In this document: positions 39,083 through 51,444 of the stretch, one piece after another
How positions within the stretch are numbered: the first letter of the stretch is position 1
Layout of the letters: every line of letters starts with the position of its first letter
Assembly (NCBI GenBank): GCA_021432655.1
Contig: MU271196.1
Coordinates: 1 to 64,000, forward strand
Direction of reading: 5' to 3'
Length of the DNA: 64,000 bases
Source of the DNA: Atractiella rhizophila
Taxonomy: Eukaryota
Notes under the pieces: generated by a model
What the model saw: the letters and a program-made list of their open reading frames with translations, nothing else
Database searches by the model: none
What the model was told of the DNA's origin: nothing
Translations under genes and position numbers: made by a program

Positions 39083-39933
39083 TCACTCCGAAAACTTTAA
39101 CGAGACCGAATTGACACAATGCCTCTCATCCGTCGGCGTCTTGAATCCTTCTCCCCTGAGCCATGCATCACGTCAATCTAAGCAACATTTCCAAAGAAAT
39201 AGCGGCGTACTTGAAGACATGACCCAAGTGGCCTCCACAAGCTGCACAGGTGATCTCAGTACGCAACATCCCGAACGCGCGATCTTCGTGTCTGTTGATC
39301 GCACCTGCACTCATTTCGTCAACATCGACGTTGATACATTCGTAGGCAAGTTAGAGAAAGGAGCAGGGAGAAGTGCGAGCGGAGGACAGGAGAAGGAGGA
39401 GATGGACGGATGAGATGTCGAGGAGAGGGTGACAGAAAGAGAAGTACCTGGAATGGCATCGAAGAAAGCTGGCCAACCACATCCGGACTTGAATTTGGTA
39501 TCTGCCTTGTAAAGCGGCGTTCCTACACGTCCACACACACCCCGACGTCCACGAGCAGTGAGCAAACAGGATCACGACTGAAACAAAAGAGGGGGCAGAA
39601 GAAGAGAAGCGGTGGAGACATACCGCAACCGGCACAGGCGTACACGCCTTCCTTTGGGTAGTGAGAGTCGTATTCTCCTGTTCCAGCCTACCCATATTAT
39701 CAACCCGTCAACATCGTCCAAGAACTCGACCACGATAGTGCAACGAGTAGAGATCTTGACATACCGGCTCGGTCCCTTTCTGCCTCAGAATCTGCATCAC
39801 ATCAAACAATCAGTATAGATCGATACGCTATCGCAATAAATAAGGAGGACCGCACCCTAAATTGTTCCTTATTGAGCACAGTCCTCCATTCCTCCTCAGT
39901 CTTTCCTTTACTGAATCCAGATGGGTCGGACAT
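39083..39933 (-). CDS. MXR2: Methionine-R-sulfoxide reductase MsrB, duplicate copy lacking the N-terminal presequence and native promoter
   Basis: [34 protein letters not shown]...[17 protein letters not shown]...[32 protein letters not shown]. The upstream sequence is replaced by the poly(T)/arrestin junction. Confidence 0.8.
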
Positions 39934-39935
39934 CG

Positions 39936-39972
<37 letters not shown>
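39936..39972 (+). repeat. Poly(A) tract (37 nt) at the duplication junction
   Basis: Directly visible; absent from both parental sites (37690 and 42222). Confidence 0.95.
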
Positions 39973-39974
<2 letters not shown>

Positions 39975-40837
39975 GTCGATTTGGAGGGTTGGAGTGGTAG
40001 GTAGGAGGAAGGAGAAGGGCCATTCGGTCGGACTGCTACTTGAAAGAGGGACGAGGATGGGCTGATCCGGAGTGGCTGCTTCTAGCGTACGGCGCTCAAT
40101 GAAAGCTGTTCCCACCTTCGTCAGCGACTGGAGAAAATAAAATAAAAGGGTAGTGACAAAAAAGGATGGGGGAAAAGGGAGAAAACAGGAGCGATAAAGG
40201 AGAAGATACTCACATCGATGCCACTCATGAGCTGTGAAGAATTGCTCCTCATCCTTCAACAAGAACCTCGTGTTATCCACCCCCGCTCTCGGGCTGGCAG
40301 TGGGATCGAGTCCGAGGCCAGCGAGCATGTCCGCGTCCTCCTCTCCACTGCCTACTCCCAGCTGGATCTCCCTCTCCTCCGCCCCACGAATCCGTTGCTG
40401 CAGCACCTGTTTCCACAACCTCTCCGTCCGACGACCTATCACATCCATCGTTAATATTATGCTCGTTACATTGGAGGAGGGGACGAACTGTTCTCATGCG
40501 GGACTCCATAATGCCAAAACAGCGTCCTCGAATCGCAATACACCCTAAAATCGACTCTAGCAATCCTCAAAAAATCGGGGGGATTCCTATTATTCGCTCT
40601 CGGTTGTAAAAAGATCTTCCCAGTCAAATGGCTTCCCGGCACGAGAGGTCTCGAGGGGTTGTGATTGAAGGAGATGGTGAGCGAATAGTGCTTGTTCCCA
40701 CTGAGCGAATACGGCGACTCGGCGGTGTAGGGAAAGATGGTCGATTCCTCGCCTAAGGGTGCCGGTGGCTTCCGGAACGTTTTCGTGATCTGGAAACCAC
40801 CAGCGTAGAGCGTCGCCTGGTTGGAGTAGGCCGCCAT
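39973..40837 (-). pseudogene. 3'-truncated copy of arrestin-fold paralog C
   Basis: Same N-terminal exons as 38554-37690, breaking at ...PTLQID into poly-Phe and an out-of-frame MsrB sequence. Confidence 0.85.
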
Positions 40838-41367
40838 GGTGATTATGCCTTCTTCCTATCCTAGGTCTATGTCGTTTTCTTGCTAACTCCCTAACTCGGC
40901 CTGTTTCCGAGTAAGCCTTTCGAGATGAGAATGCGGGGTATACCAGTGGCGCCTCACTGAGGACTGGGCATGTGACTGAGATGCAGGATCCAGATAGGGA
41001 TGGATAGGGGCGAATAGGGAATGGTAAGGCGTAGTGGAGGGAGATGGTGGACAGAAAAGGAAGTGGGAAAGAGAAGAGGTGGTCGTTTTTGTGCCATGCG
41101 GCGCTGAAGTTTGCGGTTCTGGAGAGGCGCGTGGAGCGAACTGAATTAGCGCCGAAAGGCATGCGCTTGTTGCCACCACACCTTATAATCACACTTAATG
41201 TCATCTCTTCATCATTTTGATCTTCTATCCGTGTTACACTGGTTCCTACATTCATCCATTAACAGCACACACTTCTCCCATCCATCGATTTCACCATCAA
41301 TCCACCCAGGAAAACTTCATCCGAATTCCGGGTCAACATTTCAAACAACCGTACAGAAACCACAAGA

Positions 41368-42388
41368 TCACTCCGAAAACTTTAACGAGACCGAATTGAC
41401 ACAGTGCCTCTCATCCGTCGGTGTCTTGAATCCTTCTCCCCTGAGCCATCCATCACGTCAATCTAAGCAAAATTTCCAAAGAAGAATAGGGGCGTACTTG
41501 AAGACATGGCCCAAGTGGCCTCCACAAGCTGCACAGGTGATCTCAGTACGCAACATCCCGAACGCGCGATCTTCGTGTCTGTTAATCGCACCTGCATACA
41601 TTTAGTCAACATCGACGTTGATACGTTCGTAAGCTAGTCACAGAAAGGAGCAGGGAGAAGTGAGAGCGGAGGAGAGGTGAAGGAGGGGAGGGACGGGCGA
41701 GATGTCGAGGAGAGGGAGAGAGAAAGAGAAGTACCAGGAATGGCATCGAAGAAAGCTGGCCAACCACATCCAGACTTGAATTTGGTATCTGCCTTGTAAA
41801 GCGGCGTTCCTACACGTCCACACACACACCGACGTCCATGAGCAGTGAGCAAACGGCATCACGACTGAAACAACAAAAGGGGCAGAAGAGAAGCGGTGGA
41901 GACATACCGCAACCGGCACAGGCATACACGCCTTCCTTTGGGTAGTGGGAGTCGTATTCTCCCGTTCCAGCCTACCCACATTTATCAACCCGTCAACGTC
42001 GTCCAACAAGTCGACCACGATAGTGCAACGAGTAGAGATCTTGACATACCGGCTCGGTCCCTTTCTGCCTCAGAATCTGCACATGACATCAAACAATCAG
42101 TATAGATCGATACGCTATCGCAATAAATAAGGAGGACCGCACCCTAAATTGTTCCTTATTGAGCACAGTCCTCCATTCCTCCTCAGTCTTTCCTTTACTG
42201 AATCCAGATGGGTCGGACATCGTTTCTTTTTTGCTGTTGCTGATACCAGATACGCCAAATAGACTCCGAGTGGACAGAGATGTCGATGGGCTCAAACTTA
42301 GGAAGCTTGGGTGGTTATGAAGGGAAGCTGTTGTTGTTCGGTGGCTGGTTGAGAGTAGGAGGAGGGGAAGACGGGGAGAAATGCGCAT
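41368..42388 (-). CDS. MXR2: Methionine-R-sulfoxide reductase MsrB, full-length with a putative mitochondrial presequence
   Basis: Arg/Ser/Leu-rich, acid-poor N-terminus [20 protein letters not shown]..., then a second Met (42220) and the MsrB motifs GCGWPAF, GHLGHVF and RHCVNS. Confidence 0.92.
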
Positions 42389-42601
42389 ATAAAGCTGATC
42401 TGTAGCCGATATAAGGATACAAGAGCACAGCAGACGAGTTAGCGTTGCTTTCTGGACAGTCAATATAATATTAAATAATCTTGGTGGCGCAATGGCGTGG
42501 ATCACGTGAGCGAAGTTTCGAAGGGTTTCTTCCAGAAACCGCCACTCGCTTGTATAAATAATAAGTATCGCTTCCGTCCAACTTCCCAACACCAAAACAA
42601 C

Positions 42602-43065
42602 ATGTGAGTTCCTCACTGCCCTCCCTATCTAACCATAACTAAAAAGCCAACGATACACTGACTCGGAATGTTCGAGCAGGTCGAAGCACCATCCTGACCT
42701 GATCCAATGTCGCAAACAGCCCGGTATCGCCATCGGACGAATGTGTGAGAAGTGCGACGGCAAGTGTCCAATCTGCGACAGCTACGTGCGACCCTCGACC
42801 TTGGTGCGGATATGCGATGAGTGCAACTTCGGAACGTACGGGGGGAGGTGCATCATTTGTGGTTCGCCAGGGATCAGTGATGCGTTTTATTGTGCGGAGT
42901 GCACGAGGTTGGAGAAGGATAGAGACGGGTGCCCGAAGATCGTTAACTTGGGAGCCAGTCGAACCGACTTGTTTTACGAACGAAAGGTAAGGTTTTGAGG
43001 TTTGGAAGCTGCGAGTGCCGTACTAAATTTTTGGGGGCAAAAAATGGGCCTTAAAAAAAGCCGAA
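42602..43065 (+). CDS. RDS3: SF3b splicing factor Rds3/PHF5A; the last exon lies in garbled sequence
   Basis: AT|G split by an intron, then [38 protein letters not shown]...[25 protein letters not shown], then a GTAAGG donor. The end coordinate is approximate. Confidence 0.95.
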
Positions 43066-44837
43066 CCAATTTTCCGCCTCCCCCCCCCAAAAAACCCAAC
43101 CCCCCAACCCAAACCCGAAAACCGATGCGTATTGAAGTGGCAATGAATGGACATGGTGGAAAGACAGCGAATGCATGGGAGCTACTCTGATGGTGTGTGA
43201 TCAATCAAGTCTATGTTAAACATCGTCTCTAAGTTGTGACCCACTGAGGAATTATGTCTCTTCGCGACTCAATGCCATTGCGCTTCTGCCGGGCTTTCCC
43301 ATGTGTCATAAGTTACAGAACATTACTTTTCCATTCAGACATCTCGTCGATCTAGATGGCTCCCTCGTAATGAGGGTTAATTCTGGCCAGTTTCGTTCAA
43401 CCCGGTACATGTCAGTTAGTGTCAGTGCTGGGATACCTTCTGAATTTGATTACAGTATAGTAAGGAGAGTACCAGGCCACCAAGTGCTCTGGGATGTTGA
43501 AAACCAGCAGATGGTGTATTGTGGAACATGTTGACGTCTCGCTTGCACGGCCCTAAAGCCCAAGCAGGTCCGAGCTCAAGCTTTGAGGCTGGACTGTGAA
43601 GGCGTCATGAGCGCAGGATCTGCGTACATTAGTTGCATTGCTCATAAGTCCTGCAAGAAGGCGATCATATCGACACGTGGACGTCAAGAGGCATTCGCGA
43701 CCGCGGCTACATAAACAAAGCCACCTTTGCTCTGCTCTGTTTCTGTTCACCAGCTGTGCGATTCGAAGATCAAAAGACGAAGAACCAAGCTGAGTGTATG
43801 GTAGTCCGTGTGTGATGGCATATATGCTCAATTGAATGACAAAGAGGAAATCACAACGGTGAAGCCCAGGAGTCCGACCATTTGCCATCAGAGGGAAGAA
43901 TTGGACAAAGCAGCTCCCTCTCCTCCCGGCGTCAAGTTCTTCAACGGATTGGGTCGAAATCTGCACACTTTTCAGAGGTTTGTCACCCCGTCTCAGAAGA
44001 GCGCGGAAAGATAGTGTTCGACGCACAGATAGATCTCTAACACTAGAAAGCTTGCCCAGTGTTCTAAAGCAAGATCTCACTTGTAGACGAGTGTCGTCCA
44101 GCGACCGTTGCAGCAGGCTGAAATCCACTATTGGGATGCTGAAGGGGATTCAGAGAATTTGGTAATCACTTTTTGTATTTAAACAATTCCTGGCAGAGGC
44201 AGGATATGGCTACGGAGATAATTCGAAGCTTGGACTCCTTGTCGACAAGACGATTGCTGTCGTTCGTTAGGACTTGATAAATAGCCTAGAAGATTGAACC
44301 ATTGGATCAGATCTGTACGATAAGCATGAACTAGCGTCTAAGTAACGTTTCATAAAGCAGCAGATTAGTGTCAGTATGATAATATCTTTACGCGAGATAC
44401 GATGAACGCATGGATGGCTGCTGCAAGTGAGCTCTGGAACCCAATATTTGAATAATTGCCCCAATTGCGATTCATTGACTGGTTGGGATCAGCTGGGCGA
44501 GCACGAAACGTTGGAAGAAACAAGAAGCAATGAGAAAATCACGACAAGTCCGTGGAAGGAGCCTGTAACAACATTGATTGTTGCTTGTTCCAGATTTCGG
44601 CGTCTTCATGCCTGTGCAGGAATCTTTGAGATAACAATGTACTTTGGATATTCTTGCACTGACGCCGACCTCGACATGTTACATACACTTACATACCGAA
44701 GATCAAGAACAGACTGTTAATCAAATTGACTACATAGATCCAAACGTAAACTGATAAATTGGAGTTGACCATGCAACCAAAAGGCAGGAAAAATCTCATC
44801 AAAGACCAACATCCAATGCTGATCAATCTCAAGTCGA

Positions 44838-46193
44838 TCAATCTTGAATTGCTCTCATATCGGCCAGCGCTTTATTGAGGAGAAGATGATGCGAAAGCTT
44901 GACATCAAGTCCGCATCCCTTCCACACCCTTCTCATCGTCGAATCGTTATCGAGGTCGGCCAGCCTTCTCAAGGTGGCCAGGTTAAAGTCATCCTCCAAA
45001 AGTTTGGTCACAAACGCATCTGCGGACACGCCAGCAATCGTATTCGCCTGAACTGTAAATTGCACGAACTTGAGTAGCTCCTCTTTTTCGCAGTCGTAGC
45101 TTTCCTGCTTGGTATGGTTGATTGTGAAAGTGGGAGTGAGCATGGGGGTGGATGTAGATGTGATTGTAAGAGTGGCTGCTCGAGTGGTTGTTGAAGTTTT
45201 TGCGGGAGTGGCTGTTGGAGGGGTAGATCCAAGGAATATAACTTCGTCTTCGTCTTCTCCAAATGGCTGCGGCGTTGTGGACGAGATTAACTTTTCCAGC
45301 TCCCTTTTCGACGATTCTGACAGGTCTTCAGCTACCAATGTGCGCTTTCGCGGTTTGCTAGGAGAGTTAAATCACATCGATGAGCGTGTGAGCCAGGGGG
45401 GGGACCAACCGCATCACAAGATTGTCCTGCCCTCTCTTTGAACATGTCAGCTGTTTTGCTCCCAAAATCATATCCTGACTGTATTCGACAGTGTTTCAGC
45501 TTAACTTCCCTCAGAGCAGAAAGAAAGGACGCACAAGCGCTGGTTCTTCGCGAACACCTCCCGAGGTTCAATCTCAAACCCCGCCATAGCTGATGCCAAC
45601 GCCCAAAAGAATTTTTCATTCGCTTTATACGATATACCATCTTCGTCCCTATTCGTCCAGACTCAGACGAAAGGGCGACAAGAAACGGATGTAGCTCACT
45701 TGAAAATGAGACCGCTTTTCAGCCCCCCGACCCTCAGGAAGGTATGACATGTATTCCTGTGACATTTTTTATCGAGCAGATGCTGGACAATATAGCTACA
45801 GCTGAACGATCTCTTGCACTCTGCACGAGGGCATCTCCACAGCATCGTCCGGGCATGAGATGGGAAAGACACAAGGACAACGGGCAGCTTGGTTTCTTGA
45901 TCAACAAGGCGCGTCTGCCCCGTTCCATCCGACGTGAGGATCCTGAGTGAGACCAAGTCATTCGCCAGCGTCTCCTGCCTCGCCGAGTTGTTGGCCATCG
46001 GTTTTGCCCCGTATGGATATGTCGGGGCTCGTTGACGTATTGTACGGCCGTTATCCAGATCGTTATCGTTGTCACCGTTGGAAGAGCTATGTCGGGACCA
46101 GGCACTCGCGCCGACAGTCTTTATGCAAACCTCTTTTGACTTTATAAAGCTGTGGCCCCGTTGGCTTCCGTGAAGACGACGGACGTTAGGCAT
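44838..46193 (-). CDS. Hypothetical 4-exon protein with a C2H2-like Zn finger and a C-terminal SAM-like helical domain
   Basis: Three GT-AG introns join the ORF pieces in frame: WRCPRAECKRSFSCSYIVQHLLDKKCH ... Thr-rich linker ... FVTKLLEDDFNLATLRRL...CGLDVKLSHHLLLNKAL. Confidence 0.55.
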
Positions 46194-46304
46194 GTCGTTC
46201 GATCGAGGAGCAGACTAAGGTTTTCTCAACTACGGGAAGAGCTGATGATGTCACTGGCTATGGGAAACCAACATCCCATCAATTAATGTGCCATCAAAGA
46301 GGAA

Positions 46305-47463
46305 ATGGCTGAAGGGCAGAAGGTCACAATCCATGGTGGATGCCTCTGCGGCAACGTCAAATGGGAGTACACCTCTCCCATTCCCATCCAGCTGCTCCAC
46401 TGCTTCTGTCGCTCCTGCCGCGTCTCCAGCAGCTCCTTCTTCCAGCCCTTCTTCAACGTCCATCGCGACAGCAAACAGTACTTCCACATCCACGACCCCG
46501 CCAACTCCCTCCGTATCTACTCCTCCCGCCCGTCCAGCGTCAGGACCTTCTGCAGCCAGTGCTCCGCTCCGATCACTTGGGAACATCGCGATCCGAATGG
46601 AGACGTGTTGAGGATCGCTCCTATGGCTTCGACCATCAAGGAGGATGATTTGATCGAGTACACGAAGCTCGACATACTCTGCCATATAGAAGATACCCCC
46701 AACCGTCGTGGGGGTCCACCAGATTTATCGAAGTGGAAGGACGTCGAAATATACGCTGATTCGATCGCAGGACCTAAAGCTGAGTTGCTACAACCCGAGT
46801 TTCCCATAGGGAAAGGAGGGATGCCATACGTCCTGAAAGGAGGGTGTTTCTGCGGCAAAGCGAGGTACACGATCGAGATGCCAACTGCCGAAGTTGTGGG
46901 GCAGAAGAAGGGTGAATTGGAAAGGAGCGGTTGGCCAGATGACTGTGGCAGGAAAGTCGAAGGTGGAAATTGGTTCTGGACTGTGTCCTATTGTCACTGC
47001 TCTCAATGTACGCTCCTTTTCCTCACCAATTGCAATCCGTTCCAACCATCGTCGATCCCATGAACCAGGTCGCCTCAGCTCCAGCTGTCCCGCAACTCCG
47101 TTCCTATTGATCCCCTCCGCCCTCTTCAAGCTGACAGTGGACGGACAAGATCAACCTCTCTCTTTCCCTGAACCTCTCGCGGCTCTTTCGAGCTACAATT
47201 CATCCACGAACCCAAATAAATCTCCCTGCTTCCGTCACTTCTGTCCCGCTTGTTTCACCTCCCTCTTCGATTTGAGCGATTCTAAAACCATCGATGTCTA
47301 CGCTGGGACTTTGGATGACGAGTACTTGGCATGGGTGAGGGAGGAGAGACGAATTTGGTTGGAAGATGGCAGCGGAGGGAGGGTTTGGAGGGTTTTTGGG
47401 AAGGGTTTGGACGATGGATTAAAGTGGTTTGAACAAAATCGACTTTCGAACCGTATCAAGTGA
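46305..47463 (+). CDS. Mss4-like/GFA (CENP-V) family protein with two tandem GFA domains
   Basis: GGCLCGNV...HCFCRSCR...RTFCSQCSAP and GGCFCGKA...YCHCSQ|CRLSS...RHFCPACFTSLF. One intron. Confidence 0.9.
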
Positions 47464-47657
47464 GCCAAACTCGACGTAAATTTTGTCTTACCCATGAGTC
47501 CGAAGTTCGGTTGCCTTTGTAAATAGAATGTAACGACAATGAGATTTCACAAGTTTGAACATCTAAAAAATTGGGAAAGTCGCCCATCGATTCGAGTCTT
47601 TTGAGACTTGACAGACTTGATCTTTTCTGAACGAATCAAGGTAAGAGAAATTATGCC

Positions 47658-49287
47658 TTATACACTGAGGCAGCAGTGACGTCTTCCCCCTTTGCGAGGC
47701 GGGCAGATCCCCACTTCTTCAAGCGGATGGACTCAATCGCAATAAACCCACTAGCATCCACAGGCTATACATCGAGGTCACCATCACTCGATAAATCCAG
47801 CAACTATAAAGAGGAAAAGACGTACACTGAACCCGCCAAGTTCATCCATGGAACTTTCGGAGGCATCATAAAGATTCTACGTTAGGGTTAGTGAATGCAC
47901 AACGAAGGAAGGGAGAGGACTTACAGAGCTTTCGCTGCTCCTACCTTCCACGATCACATTCCCCCTCTCCAACCTCAGCCTGACTTTTCCATCCACGCCC
48001 TTCTGGCTCTGCTTCACACAAGCCTCCACGAACTCCCTCTCGGGGGACCACCAGAACCCGTTGTACAAGATCCTTCCGAGCTCATTCGTTATCCATCCAT
48101 CTCGGATGTTACGGACGTTCCGGTCCATCACCAGTCCTTCGATGTCCATATGTGCTACACGCAAAATGGTCCCTGCTGGGGACTCGTAGCAACCACGGGA
48201 CTTGACACCTATGAAACGGTTCTCTACGATATCGAGCCTTCCGATCCCGTGAAGACGGGCTAGAGCGTTGAGGGCGAGGAAGATGGGGACGGCGGTGGTG
48301 ATAGGTTCAGAAGTGGGAGTATAAGGTGCTTTATAGTCGTTCGGATAGAGAGGTGAGGAAGAATGGACGACTAGAGAGACCGGAAGACCGGATTCGAACG
48401 TCAATGTGATGTGGGATGGTTGGGAGGGAGTTTGAGGGAGTGAACGAGTGAGCTTCCACATGTCCTCTGGTGGTGTGGTATCGGGGTCTTCCAGAATGCC
48501 AGCCTCGTATGAAATGTGGAAAAGGTTCTCGTCTAGGAATCTGTTAGCGAGCACGATATTGAGGCAGAGAGAGGACAAACCAGTGCTCCATGGCTTAGCC
48601 TTTGTCTGAGCAACGGGGATACCTTTCTCAGCAGCGAAATTGAGAAGATCCGTCCTTCCAGCAAAACGATTGTAGAACTCTGCACCAAAGTTAACTCGAT
48701 TCTGACCGCGCGAGAGGTTATCAGATGAGAACGCACCAGGAATACGCCACGGCGCAATAACTTTGATCCCAGGTTGCAGAGCATAAAAAGCGAGCTCGAA
48801 TCGCACTTGATCGTTCCCCTTTCCGGTGCAGCCATGTGAGACAAATTGGCAATCTTCTTTCGAGGCGACTTCGATCATGGCGCGTGCGATGACTGGTCGT
48901 GCCAACGAGGTTCCAAGAAGATATACGTTCTGTATAGAATATATCAGGACAGAGCATGTTTGCGTTGGACTGAACGTGCCTCATAAATCGCGTTTGCTTG
49001 AACCGCTGGCCAAACGAGCTTCGTTACAAATTCCTCCTTCAAATCCTTGAAAGCACAACTCCACGTTACCATAGCACTACGAACACCGGATGAAGACATA
49101 CGACAAGGTGAAACTTCTCAGCGCCGACTTTCAAAGCTTTCTTTTCGGCTGCTTCGAAGTCTTCCTCCTGCCCAACATCTGCCATGAACGCGTGCACATT
49201 GTATCCCTGCTCGATAAGCCAGGCGAGGATGCACGAGGTATCTAGACCTCCAGAGTAAGCTAGCATAACCCTTCCTTTGCTTGCCAT
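47658..49287 (-). CDS. ARG1: Argininosuccinate synthase
   Basis: [74 protein letters not shown]. Confidence 0.98.
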
Positions 49288-49449
49288 TCTGCCAATTTCT
49301 CAATTTCTCGAAAATTTAATCGTCGTCTTTCTTGAAGTTGTTCCCGATCGCTCTGACTGGGCAAATGTTTGTTGAGATCATTTCAAGCCCCCAGAGCTAT
49401 GCTTGGCCCCCGGGAACGACGCGGTGAACGAAGACGACGACTTCTCAAC

Positions 49450-50565
49450 ATGTCAACGAAGTCGACTCAGTCACAACGCAAGTCTAAAAAGGTCAAGGAG
49501 CCAACCCCGGAGCTCGTGGAAGATGACGAGGAAGAGTACGAAGTTGACGAGATTAAAGACGACAAGAGGCTTCCTGACGTGTGTTCTCTCCATTTCTTGT
49601 TATCAGGTCAAATTTTGAGTAGAAAACGCGTTGGCCTAGGGCTCCATCCAATACCTTGTGTCTTGGGTCGGGTATGGGCCAGAGGATGACCTCTGGATCC
49701 CAGAAGACAATATGTCGTAAGTCTCTCACTGCACAGACGCGACCAGCCCGTAAGAGAACTTCGGGGCAGTGGTTGCGAGGACAAGATGAAAGCGTATTGG
49801 GCAGCGAAACCACGACGCTCGAATCAACCCAACAAGGCAGCAGCTCGAAAAATCGAGAAATCAGGGAAGGGGAAACGCGACTCTGTTGCTTCAGGTTCAA
49901 CTTTACATACTAATGGGACGATGTCGAAGAAACGAGGGCGACATTCAAAAATATCTGTAGTGGAGACCGATGAAGAGGATAGGACGAGCAAGAAAAAGAA
50001 GAGAAAGGCAAATGATGTTGACGCCCCGGATGCTGAGGATTGGGCGGATCACCAGCTTGCTGACACGCTGCCTGCTGTCGCAAATAGGACATTCAAGGCT
50101 CTCCATGTCCAGTACAAGCATTTGAAAAACTGGGAGGTCTGTCTGCTCGTTCTGGTATCGGCAAAAATGAATGCGGTGGTGTAGAGCAAGGTGGATTCTA
50201 TTGATACCATTCTTCAACGACCTCCCCAATATCCTGGGGAAGGGCATCTAGTAGCCATTAACTGGTCCGTTTTTTGCTCTGAGTATCCCGGTGTGACGAA
50301 TTTGGGACAGGCATTCTGATTTCTACTCATGGGTGCCGACAACAGTCGCAAATATGAAATGCCCACAGAAGGTCATTGCGGTGAGCCACTTATCCTTTCC
50401 TCGACGCAACTGACACGGATGAAACAGTTTTATGAAAGGAACCTGACATTCAAGAACGCGGAGGGCGATGATGTAGAAGGAAGCGAGGAGCCGGAGGAAG
50501 TGGGTCACAGGGGTATGGAACTTGTTGAGGAGCAAATTAAGGAAGTGGAGATGGTTGGCGAGTGA
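49450..50565 (+). CDS. HP1/Swi6-like heterochromatin protein (chromodomain, hinge, chromoshadow domain)
   Basis: EEYEVDEIKDD|...YLVSWVGYGPEDDLWIPEDNM chromodomain; basic hinge; NWE|SKVDSIDTI...W...ANMKCPQKVI|..FYERNLTF chromoshadow domain. Confidence 0.85.
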
Positions 50566-50979
50566 AGTCGACTTGGGTAGAGTGCCTCAATTTGCATCTG
50601 ACTTGATAGGCTTGAAGGCTGCAAGGCTTTCAAGCCAAGCTTGAGCTATGGGAAAGGGTAATGAACCTACGCTTGTTTCTCTAATTTATGTGTTTCTTAG
50701 TACCCGAGCTCTGAAACACTGAATTGGTTCTCGTATCTGCACGTTGGCATTGTAGGAGAACTTCCAGAAGAGTCAGTCCAGGATAGGAGGAGAACTATGA
50801 GCAAGACTACACTTGCCAGTGCACTGTCGACCGCCGTCAAAACAACGATGGTTTCATCTAGCACTTGGATTTTCAGATTGGGATGTCAAGAGATGAAATA
50901 CAACGCGACGGCAGAGAGCATATGTTGGAAATTTATAACAGACTCACTATCTCAGCAGCTCTCAGATTGCAGCAGATGT

Positions 50980-51444
50980 TTAGTTTTGCTTCCAATTCTT
51001 GTGCAATCCCTTGTCTACCGTCATCAGCCTCTCCAACAACATATTCACGACATTCTCCTTGTTCTTCTCGTAAGAACTCTTCAGACCCTCGAGCTCCTTG
51101 TCAGTCTGCTCGTTCACATGTTTTTCGCCCTCTGTCGTGTCTCCAGAGTGCTGCAATAACCAACTTCAGCATCTTCCTTCGATCACAATCGAGAAGGGAA
51201 CGTGAAAAGGACGTACCTCTTTGGAGAACTGTTGAAAATCACCCTCCTTCGTAGCTTTGTATTCTTCAATCTCCTTCGCAGCTTGACTCCTTTCAACGAT
51301 AATTTGACATGAGCACCTGAACTGGTTTGAAGGGACTAAAGGGAAGTGGCCAACCTGGCATCCTTCAATCGCTGAACTCGATACTCTCGAGCTTTGGAAA
51401 CGATCTTCTGTGCTTCTTTCTCGGCTTCGAGAAGAGTCTGAATG
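50980..51444 (-). pseudogene. 5'-truncated copy of V-ATPase subunit G
   Basis: Starts at IQTLLEAEKEAQK without MSSSQG. No in-frame ATG occurs before the next upstream stop. Confidence 0.85.

Larger units (their letters stand above)
37690..42222. repeat. Direct tandem duplication of about 2.28 kb (37690-39935 and 39973-42222), separated by an A37 tract
   Basis: Both copies begin tcgtcgatttggagggttggagtgg and end ccagatgggtcggacatcg. They are near-identical, with most differences in introns and intergenic DNA. Confidence 0.97.

Noticed and set aside
39802..40065. Poly-Phe and poly-Lys ORFs
   Set aside because: These are translations of the A37 junction tract, not independent genes.
42502..42509. 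TCACGTGA (Cbf1/E-box-like) in the MsrB-RDS3 divergent promoter
   Set aside because: A single 8-mer that cannot be distinguished from chance without conservation data.
47881..47891. Telomere-like gttagggttag
   Set aside because: Under two repeats; on the minus strand it is the CTAAC branch point of an ARG1 intron.
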